A stretch of 64,000 nucleotides of DNA from Clostridia bacterium (GTDB lineage Bacteria > Bacillota > Clostridia > UBA1212 > DUPL01): the NCBI GenBank assembly GCA_050951325.1, contig JBMNIW010000012.1:288001-352000 (forward strand), given 5' to 3'. This document shows positions 1 through 7,792 of the stretch, in pieces (within the stretch, counting starts at the first letter, position 1; each line of letters begins with the position of its first letter). The notes below the pieces were generated by a model, which worked only from the letters and a program-made list of their open reading frames with translations, was not told where the DNA came from and made no database searches. The position numbers and the translations under genes are program-made.

Positions 1-707
1 CAAAGCCCTGTCATGCAGAAAAGAATAACCAAAACAGAAGACCAAATCATTCTATTCTTGAGATTGTTTGTTAGCAAGGCTGCAGTTGCGCTGGGAGCCG
101 TCAAAAGCGCAAGTACGAGTATAATTCCAACCACCCTTATTAGTACCACAATGGTCAGTGCTATCATCACCATGAGAACATACTCAAGAAGTGCAGTCTT
201 TATCCCAACAATATATGCAAACTCATCATCAAAAAGATACACCTTCCAATGATTGAAGAAAATAACCGTAACAAGCAGAATCAATAAAGTTAGAACTCCC
301 ATGATTTTTATATAGAACCTTGGAATACTCAATATGTTTCCAAACAAATACGTTGAGATATTGGGAGGATATCCCGGCGTTAATGTTATGAATAAAATGC
401 CCAAAGCCATTCCAAGGGACCAGAACATGCCAATTATTACGTCTGACTTCGCCGTACCTTTTCGCTTGATATATCCAACACTCAAAGAGGCAACTGTTGA
501 AAACAATATTGCTCCAAACACAGGTTCAATCCCTAACATGTAGCCAAGGCCTACACCACCATACGCAGTGTGTGCAATTCCTCCGCTCATCATGACAAGT
601 TTCTTTTCAATTATTATAACTCCCATTATACCGCATACTATGCCTGCGAGAATGCTTGCAATAACTGCGTTCTGCATATATTGGTAGTTTAATATTGAGT
701 TTAGCAT
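1..707 (-). CDS. znuB: Zn/Mn ABC transporter permease (3' end outside window)
   Basis: Not in the ORF track. Manual translation from ATG at 707: MLNSILNYQYMQNAVIASILAGIVCGIMGVIIIEKKLVMMSGGIAHTAYGGVGLG, a hydrophobic ABC-3 permease. Overlaps the znuC stop. Confidence 0.9.
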   Translation of the reverse strand, partial: MLNSILNYQYMQNAVIASILAGIVCGIMGVIIIEKKLVMMSGGIAHTAYGGVGLGYMLGIEPVFGAILFSTVASLSVGYIKRKGTAKSDVIIGMFWSLGMALGILFITLTPGYPPNISTYLFGNILSIPRFYIKIMGVLTLLILLVTVIFFNHWKVYLFDDEFAYIVGIKTALLEYVLMVMIALTIVVLIRVVGIILVLALLTAPSATAALLTNNLKNRMIWSSVLVILFCMTGL

Positions 708-1477
708 TCTTCTTCGCCCCCTTCATGCACTCCATTGTGGTGATGCCTCAAAACCCTGTGCGGTATGCCATGAGCTATCAAATCCACTGGACAACCATAC
801 ATCTGAGTAAGAATGGTTTCGTTCATCTCAGGCCCTCCATGGTAGACAAGGGTATTGTTAAGACATGCAAGGCTCCTTACTTCAGATGATATTGCCAAAA
901 GGTCATGGGTCACCAGTATAATTGTCATCTCTTCGTTGAGTCTCCCCAACAGCTTATATATCTGGCTTCTTGATTTTGCATCCACGCTGGCTGTAGGCTC
1001 GTCAAGAAGTAATAGTTTTGGTTCTTGTGCAAGGGCCCTTGCTATTAGCATTTTTTGAAACTCTCCACCAGACAGCTCGCTAATCTGCCTTTTCGCAAGA
1101 CTCTTTATACCCACCTTTTCCAGAAGTTCATAAGCCCTGTCTTTCTCTTTTTGCGCATACCTGTAAAAGGGCTTCAGCTTTGGATTTATCATTCCAGACA
1201 GAACCACTTCCACAAGGGTTATGGGAAACCCCTTGTCAAGGTTGGAAAACTGGGGAACGTATCCTATTCTTATGTTTTTATCCTTTATGCTTATTGTTCC
1301 TGTCTTGTATTTTGTAAGCCCTGCAATGCATTTAAGGAGGGTGGTTTTGCCCCCTCCATTAGGACCAATGATACCAAGATATTCTCCCTCTTCAACTTCA
1401 AGATTTACGTTTGATAATGCTCTTGTGTTTCCGTAATATACTGTAAGGTCCTTTACCTCTATTAATGGTTTAGCCAT
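701..1477 (-). CDS. znuC: Zn/Mn ABC transporter ATP-binding protein
   Basis: Walker A GPNGGGKTT, LSGGEFQK, LLLLDEP, His-rich C-tail. Start set at MAKPL, after a GGAGG RBS. Confidence 0.92.
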   Translation of the reverse strand: MAKPLIEVKDLTVYYGNTRALSNVNLEVEEGEYLGIIGPNGGGKTTLLKCIAGLTKYKTGTISIKDKNIRIGYVPQFSNLDKGFPITLVEVVLSGMINPKLKPFYRYAQKEKDRAYELLEKVGIKSLAKRQISELSGGEFQKMLIARALAQEPKLLLLDEPTASVDAKSRSQIYKLLGRLNEEMTIILVTHDLLAISSEVRSLACLNNTLVYHGGPEMNETILTQMYGCPVDLIAHGIPHRVLRHHHNGVHEGGEEEC

Positions 1478-2324
1478 TGTCTGCCTCCGCAATCAGTCTT
1501 GCCATTTTTTCAAGATTTTTGATATAGTCTTTTGCAAGGGGTTCAAGCATTATTGCCTTTCCACCGATTTCTTCTGCAAATGCCTTTGACTGGCTTGCAT
1601 CCACCTCAGACTGATAGAAAATAGCTTTTATGTTCTCCCTCCTGGCCAAGTCTATCAGCTCTTCAAGGCGCTTGGCAGTTGCTTCCTTGCCTTCTTCCTC
1701 CAAAGAATACATCTCAAGTTCATAGTCAGAGGCAAAATAACCAAATGCGGGATGAAAAACCATGATTTTTCTGTTTGTAAGATCCTTCAAGGTTTCTTTT
1801 ATCTTTTCATCAACCTCTTCAAGTTCCTTTAAATACTTTTCGCTGTTTGTCATATATATTTCCGCATTTTCAGGATCAATTTCCGACATTTCCCGGGCAA
1901 TGGCCTCCACCATAACCTTAACTCGTTTTGGAGAAAGCCAGACATGATGATCTCTTTCCTCACCCTCAAAGTACAATTCTTCATAAACCTTGGCAGCCTC
2001 TTCATGCAGTTTGACAACCTTCATGTTTTCTGCCACAGGCAGTATGTTTATGCCCTCTATGGGCATGCCTATCGCAAAGTATATTGAAGATTTGTGAAAC
2101 GCTGCAATTTCTTTTGATGTGGGTTCGTAAGTTTCAGGACTGCTTCCTGGTGGCACCAACACCACCACATCAACCTTGTCGCCGCATACAGCCCGTACAA
2201 ACTCCTGCTGCGGCATAATTGTCACCGCAACCGTAAGTTTCTCTGACTTCTCCCTGTCGAAATTACATCCAGTCAGGATTATTGCTACCACTATTAAAAA
2301 TACAATTATAACTTTCTTATACAT
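1470..2324 (-). CDS. znuA: Zn ABC transporter substrate-binding lipoprotein
   Basis: Lipobox LTGC; SPETYEP, DHHVWLSP and FHPAFGYF motifs of cluster A-I metal-binding proteins. Confidence 0.9.
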   Translation of the reverse strand: MYKKVIIVFLIVVAIILTGCNFDREKSEKLTVAVTIMPQQEFVRAVCGDKVDVVVLVPPGSSPETYEPTSKEIAAFHKSSIYFAIGMPIEGINILPVAENMKVVKLHEEAAKVYEELYFEGEERDHHVWLSPKRVKVMVEAIAREMSEIDPENAEIYMTNSEKYLKELEEVDEKIKETLKDLTNRKIMVFHPAFGYFASDYELEMYSLEEEGKEATAKRLEELIDLARRENIKAIFYQSEVDASQSKAFAEEIGGKAIMLEPLAKDYIKNLEKMARLIAEADNG

Positions 2325-2339
2325 ATCAACACTCCAATT

Positions 2340-2354
2340 TGCAAATCATTTGCA
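2340..2354. promoter_or_regulatory. Fur-family (probably Zur) operator, 7-1-7 palindrome
   Basis: Perfect TGCAAAT-C-ATTTGCA immediately upstream of the znuA RBS. Confidence 0.7.
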
Positions 2355-2480
2355 TTTGCCAGTATATAGAAATAATAAACTTTTGTCAAATAAATTATGA
2401 CATCAATAAAAGAGGGTGTATAATAGAAGATGTACGTTAAAAACCATATTTTTATGTATAAAAATCATAGGAGGAAGTTA

Positions 2481-3314
2481 ATGAGCAATTCATGTAATAA
2501 TGATTGTAAGAATTGTACAAGAAATTGTGTTGATAGAAAAAGCCCTTCCGACTTTCTGGAAAATCCACATAGTTTAAGCCGAATAAACAAGGTAGTGGGA
2601 ATTGTAAGCGGAAAGGGTGGAGTTGGAAAATCCCTTGTTACCTCCATGCTGTCAGTACTTTTTAATAGAAAAGGATACAATGTGGCAGTACTTGATGCCG
2701 ATATAACTGGACCTTCCATACCAAAGGCTTTCGGAATAAAGGAAAGAGCCAGTGGTGACAAGTCAGGACTTAATCCAGTCAGAACCAAAACAGGCATTCA
2801 GATAATGTCCACAAATCTTCTTTTGAAGAATGACACCGATCCGGTTGTATGGCGCGGTCCTGTAATTTCAGGAATGGTAAGACAGTTCTGGAAGGATGTA
2901 ATATGGGAAGATGTGGATTTCATGTTCATAGACATGCCCCCTGGAACGGGAGATGTGCCTCTTACAGTATTCCAGTCAATACCTGTAGATGGTATTGTAA
3001 TTGTGACCTCTCCACAGGAACTGGTATCAATGATTGTGGCAAAAGCCGCAAAAATGGCAAACCTTATGAACATACCCATTCTGGGAATTGTGGAAAACAT
3101 GTCCTACTTCGAATGTCCTGACTGCGGTGGCAGACACAGTATTTTTGGCGATAGTCATATAGAAGACATAGCAAAGGAATACAACATAGATACCATTGAC
3201 AAACTGGGTATCAATCCAAAGATTGCATCTGCTGTTGACAAAGGCATGATAGAACTGTTTGACGGTAATGGACTTGAGAATGTTCAGACGAAAATAGAGG
3301 GGTTAATTCGTTGA
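2481..3314 (+). CDS. mrp: Mrp/NBP35 (ApbC) Fe-S cluster carrier ATPase
   Basis: SGKGGVGKS, DADITGPS, WRGP, DMPPGTGD, ENMSYFECPDC; Cys-rich N-terminus; AGGAGG RBS before 2481. Confidence 0.92.
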   Translation: MSNSCNNDCKNCTRNCVDRKSPSDFLENPHSLSRINKVVGIVSGKGGVGKSLVTSMLSVLFNRKGYNVAVLDADITGPSIPKAFGIKERASGDKSGLNPVRTKTGIQIMSTNLLLKNDTDPVVWRGPVISGMVRQFWKDVIWEDVDFMFIDMPPGTGDVPLTVFQSIPVDGIVIVTSPQELVSMIVAKAAKMANLMNIPILGIVENMSYFECPDCGGRHSIFGDSHIEDIAKEYNIDTIDKLGINPKIASAVDKGMIELFDGNGLENVQTKIEGLIR

Positions 3315-4031
3315 TACAATTCCCTGTATTGCTTCAGTACATACACTGACAATATACCTGGAATCGAGATCAACCAATGTTTTAGCTTTCTTATTACTGG
3401 GGCAATCCAACAGGATTGCCTCTTTTACTTTCATAAGGTATTCATAGTGAGACGCAATAATGAACTTAAGAATGGACAAGGTGTTGTTGTCCTTCTTTAC
3501 TTTGCGTATAAGTTCACCTATCCTATGGTAGTCATCTCTTGAATAGTATGTGGCTGCAGCTTCGTCAGGCAGCGAATAATAATCCTTTGCTCCGTATGTG
3601 TCAATTGTTTCACAGTTTTTTGCCTCAATGGAGCCAACCTCTTCAACCTTTCCGTTCTCGGTTATCTCTGAAAGGGACTGAAGAAGCAGTCTTTCATAAA
3701 TAAGGTGAGCCTTAACCCCTTCAAAGGTTATGTTGTGGGGCAGGGTAAAATAGTCTGCTATGAAGTGGTTTACCTTGCCTAGATGCAAAAGGTACCTGCC
3801 CTTCAAAAGTTCTTCTTTTGATAACATTTCCTTTCTATTGTTAAGCCAGTTTATAAGTCTCTCCAAATGTCTGAAAGTGTTGGTAATATAATGCCTTTTT
3901 ATGAGAAACATAATTGATACGTCAGGCCATATATTTCCACTGTAGAATATGAATTTTCTATACTTGTTTCCTTTCAGTCCAATTCTGTCCGCTATATGTG
4001 AAGCCAATGTAATGTGTGCTTTTTTTGTCAT
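3303..4031 (-). CDS. Zinc-dependent phospholipase C family protein
   Basis: N-terminal H, GNIWPD, H..LG...HFIADYFTLPH and H..YE pattern of the Zn_dep_PLC family. Confidence 0.7.
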   Translation of the reverse strand: MTKKAHITLASHIADRIGLKGNKYRKFIFYSGNIWPDVSIMFLIKRHYITNTFRHLERLINWLNNRKEMLSKEELLKGRYLLHLGKVNHFIADYFTLPHNITFEGVKAHLIYERLLLQSLSEITENGKVEEVGSIEAKNCETIDTYGAKDYYSLPDEAAATYYSRDDYHRIGELIRKVKKDNNTLSILKFIIASHYEYLMKVKEAILLDCPSNKKAKTLVDLDSRYIVSVCTEAIQGIVSTN

Positions 4032-4226
4032 TCCCTACTCCTGTTATATAAAAATCTCAAGCATATTTTGCACATGTTTGTACAATTAATTCATGGTGAT
4101 TATTCACATGCCGCAAATAGTACCAAAGCGTTCCAATCAAGTCAAAGGCCATATTGTAATATTTTTCTTAACTAATCTTGTAGAAGCTGAATAATTAATG
4201 TAAAATATGATAGAAGGAGTGAGAGT

Positions 4227-4691
4227 TTGAATAAAAAAGCATTTCGCATAACCACTTTATCACTTAGCATTTTAAGCATTCTGTTTATATTCTCCAATTC
4301 CCTTATGAATGCAAATACATCCTCGTCAAAAAGCAAAGGTGTAAGGGAACTCGTAAATTCAATTATAAATAATTTGGGACTTACTTTTGAGATTACGGAG
4401 CATTTTGTAAGAAAGGCTGCCCACTTTATTGAGTTTATGCTTCTGGGGATCTTTTTGACTCTATTACTGGTTGCTTTTGACCTTGTTGTACACAAAAACA
4501 TTACCATTCCTCTTTTTATCGGTCTTTTGGTTGCAGTTTTTGATGAGTATATTCAGCTGCATGTAGATGGCAGGGCCGGAATGGTTTCCGATGTGGTGCT
4601 TGATTTTTTAGGGCTTGTTACAGGAGTATTTTTTGTTTTAGCAATAATAATCATAAAGAAAAAGGCCTCCCAAAGGAAGCCTTCACATTAG
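4227..4691 (+). CDS. VanZ family membrane protein
   Basis: VRKAAHFIEF, DEYIQLHVDGRAG and DVVLD motifs; TTG start after AAGGAG. Confidence 0.85.
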   Translation: MNKKAFRITTLSLSILSILFIFSNSLMNANTSSSKSKGVRELVNSIINNLGLTFEITEHFVRKAAHFIEFMLLGIFLTLLLVAFDLVVHKNITIPLFIGLLVAVFDEYIQLHVDGRAGMVSDVVLDFLGLVTGVFFVLAIIIIKKKASQRKPSH

Positions 4692-5848
4692 TAACCTTCT
4701 TCAACCAGCCTTGGACATTCTTCCAAATCTCTATAGGCCTTTATGTACTGTTTCATCCATTGATAATACTGATCACCGTGTCCGCCTTCCATAGGCTCTA
4801 TGTCACGACTGAACTCCTGGTTGTAGTTGTCTACAAATCTTGGATTGCCATGCTCATCCTCAAATCTTTGGGCTGTCCATTCATTCCACCAAGTAAGGGT
4901 GATAACTTTTGGCCTATATTCAAATGCCCTCTTCCAGTGCTCGTAAAAGAATATTCCGTGATTCCTCCCATGAGCGGTAGGCTCCGTCATGTAGGTTTCC
5001 TGGGCGGCGGCACAAACAGCTATCTGCTCTACAAAACCGTCCTCATCGTATGAAGGAATGTTTTCAATATTCAGAAAACTCCATTCAGATACCTCAAGGC
5101 TCTGACGAAGACCCCACATGCGTCTGATAGTTAATTCTTCAGGCGGATTGTCTATCATGCTGGTTACAATCATAAAAGGTTTGCCTTCCCAGTATACGAA
5201 GCAGTCCTTGAACTTTCCATCAGCATAAAACTCCTCATAAGTCTTCTCAGCAACAGACCAGCCTTTTTCCTCGCTGACACTGCTCCAGAACACCATATAA
5301 GGGATTTGTTTTCCTTCCGCCCTCATCTCCTGCATAACCTCCAGGATTGCCTTGCAGGGCACGGAAACGAACAGTTTCCAATCACCTGATTTTACCCAAT
5401 CGACACTGGCATTCGTGTTATCTACGATTATGAAGTCCACTCCAGCTTCACCCAGCCAAGTCATATGCTGCCTTATGACTTCCTTATCATGACTTCTGTA
5501 GTATCCAAGAGCCGGTTTTGCCCAGTAGTGGAACTGGGTAAGACCTCCCCAGTCCTGTTTGCCTTCCAATATTTCTGTTATATTAGGTGGATTCGGTTCG
5601 CTTGAGCCAAGACCTAATATTTTTGTAAACCAGGTGGAATAGCATATGGATACTATATCCACCTTCTTGGTAATATCAAGGCCATAAGATACTTCCTCAT
5701 AATCTCTGTACTTTTCATTCAGATGCTTTATCATTGCTTCCCTCTTTTCTTCCGCTTTCTTATCCTTATCTGATTTTTTGCATCCTGCCACGGACATAAT
5801 CATAACAACAGCAAGGATAATAACAATTATATTCCTTACCTTTCTCAT
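4688..5848 (-). CDS. GH99/GH71-like glycoside hydrolase lipoprotein
   Basis: Lipobox VAGC; YW.KP.LGYY.S.D..VIRQH, AGVDFI, WEGKP, WNEW and RDIEP TIM-barrel motifs. Confidence 0.7.
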   Translation of the reverse strand: MRKVRNIIVIILAVVMIMSVAGCKKSDKDKKAEEKREAMIKHLNEKYRDYEEVSYGLDITKKVDIVSICYSTWFTKILGLGSSEPNPPNITEILEGKQDWGGLTQFHYWAKPALGYYRSHDKEVIRQHMTWLGEAGVDFIIVDNTNASVDWVKSGDWKLFVSVPCKAILEVMQEMRAEGKQIPYMVFWSSVSEEKGWSVAEKTYEEFYADGKFKDCFVYWEGKPFMIVTSMIDNPPEELTIRRMWGLRQSLEVSEWSFLNIENIPSYDEDGFVEQIAVCAAAQETYMTEPTAHGRNHGIFFYEHWKRAFEYRPKVITLTWWNEWTAQRFEDEHGNPRFVDNYNQEFSRDIEPMEGGHGDQYYQWMKQYIKAYRDLEECPRLVEEGY

Positions 5849-5860
5849 TTCAACCCCTCT

Positions 5861-6739
5861 TTAATATGCTTTAATTTCCAGGCTGTCAATAACCGTACCG
5901 GTTATATGGCTAAATACCTTGAAATGGTTTCCTTCCTGCATATCAAGAAAATTTTCCGCTTCAAAGACTTTCTTGCCGCTACCATCAAACACAATAATCT
6001 TGTCTTCGGTAATGTCCGCCTTTAATATAAGTACATTTTCCTCTTCGGAGGTGTTCATGTAGTAGAACAGGCTGTCTCCCGTATCAACAATTACAACCTT
6101 TTTCATCTCTCCAAAACCTTCCGGAATCTCTACCGTAGCCGCTCCACCTGGCCAGTACCCCTTGGTCTGACTACCACTGGGATAAATAGTAATACTGTTC
6201 CTTTCAGTAAAACCAACCCAAAAACCATCGTCGGTATCTGCTATGGCTGAGTTGTAATTGCATACTCTTGCTCCAATAATGGTTGCCATCCAGACAGCAT
6301 CACCAGTCTCCTGGGGATAAACCGACTGGAACTCTATATGAAACTCCCATTGGTATGCATCCGATGGATAGCAGTCAATATCAGGAGTGATTGCAACCCA
6401 TCCTCCCCAGGTTTCTCCTCCATCTGGCGAATTAAGGTACAATTTTCCGTCCTTAACACTGAAGTTGCCTTGTTGCACCAGGATTTCACCTGCAAAATCA
6501 TCATCGGAAAAATCGTTTTCATAGATGATATCCGCTTTATCCGTTGGTTTTCCCAGTTCTTCTTCAGAAAGAGGCTCTTTCGTTGGTGACGGTGTCGGCG
6601 TTGGTGCCGCTGTAGGCCCCTCGGTCACTGACTGGGTCGGTTCCGGTGTTGGCGTATCCTCTGTTTCCGCCTGCTTGCAGGATGAAAATACAAAAACAAA
6701 AACAACAATTAGAGCACAAAACAAAAACCTTTTTATCAT
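5861..6739 (-). CDS. Lipoprotein with Pro/Thr linker and predicted beta-sandwich domain
   Basis: Lipobox FSSC, PTPEPT-rich linker, aromatic-rich beta-strand domain; paralog of 6883-7772. Confidence 0.75.
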   Translation of the reverse strand: MIKRFLFCALIVVFVFVFSSCKQAETEDTPTPEPTQSVTEGPTAAPTPTPSPTKEPLSEEELGKPTDKADIIYENDFSDDDFAGEILVQQGNFSVKDGKLYLNSPDGGETWGGWVAITPDIDCYPSDAYQWEFHIEFQSVYPQETGDAVWMATIIGARVCNYNSAIADTDDGFWVGFTERNSITIYPSGSQTKGYWPGGAATVEIPEGFGEMKKVVIVDTGDSLFYYMNTSEEENVLILKADITEDKIIVFDGSGKKVFEAENFLDMQEGNHFKVFSHITGTVIDSLEIKAY

Positions 6740-6827
6740 TTTACACCTCCATCAACATCTGACGACTTAGATATATCTATATTACTAAATTACTTTTGAC
6801 AAATCAACGCATAATTCTTTTGAGCAT

Positions 6828-6865
6828 AAAAAAATCCCTGCAGTTGCATTTCGCAATTGCAGGGA
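6828..6865 (-). terminator. Rho-independent terminator
   Basis: Near-perfect 13-bp stem TCCCTGCAATTGC/GCAACTGCAGGGA followed by T7 on the minus strand. Confidence 0.8.
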
Positions 6866-6882
6866 GTGTGATGTGGTTAGTA

Positions 6883-7772
6883 TTAATAACCCTTTAGTAC
6901 AAGCTCCTTTGTATGGGACTTGGTTCTGTGGCTGAAAACCGAGAAGTTTATTTCTTCATTTACAGCATTCATGAAAGTCTTTATGGTTTCTCCATCCTTG
7001 TTGTAGATTAGCAAATCTTCACCATCAAGAACTATTCTGCAGATAAGATACTGTGGATCATCCGCAGTATTCATGTAGTAGCAAATTTCATCGCCTGTAT
7101 CCACTACAGTTACTGTATGTTCTGTAGTAAAATCCTCAGGAATTGTAACGGTGAAATACTTCGAATGCCCAGCTCTGTAATAACCTCTCCATTTTCATCA
7201 AGGAAGTTGTCGCCTGGTATATACACGCATACATTCCTTGTATAGTTGAATGCAAGCCAAATACCGCCTGGATAGTCTGCTGTTCTTTCTTGTGGAACTC
7301 TTGCACCTACAAAGTATGCAACGTGAGGAGCGTCAGGCGAAAGATGTGAGATATGGAATGTAGCTGACCACTCATACTGATTGTGATCGGTACCAAGTCC
7401 ATAGCCGTAGTTTGGTGAAACAGCAGACCAAACCTCAGTTATATTCATGTAGCCATCAGCTATATTGATGTACTCAGGCTGTCTCAATTCGTAATCAATA
7501 TCGTCAATCTCTTCTACTTCCGAGAAATCAAGCTTCATAAGCTCCTCTGCTTCAGGATGAGGCTTTCCTTTTTCTTCTTCGGTAATAGGTTTCAATGTTG
7601 GACCCGGCTCCTTTGTTGCAGTAGGCTCAGGTGTATTGGCATCCTCTGTCGGAGCAGGTGTTGCTGTTGGAGCAGGTGTTTCCTTTCCGGTCTCATCCTT
7701 CTTGCAAGCTGTTACAAATAACAGTATAAAAGCGGTAATAAGGATTAGTAAGATAATTCCCTTTTTCTTCAT
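6883..7772 (-). pseudogene. Frameshifted lipoprotein, paralog of 5861-6739 (true pseudogene or assembly indel)
   Basis: ORF 7110-7772 (lipobox VTAC, PT linker) continues in another frame from about 7165 as KYFTVTIPEDFTTEHTVTVVDTGDEICYYMNT. This aligns with VEIPEGFGEMKKVVIVDTGDSLFYYMNT of the paralog. Confidence 0.8.
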
Positions 7773-7792
7773 GTTGTTTTTTCTCCTTTCAT

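Noticed and set aside
6570-7690. Low-complexity repeats in the lipoprotein genes
   Set aside because: They encode ordinary Pro/Thr linkers, not DNA-level arrays.
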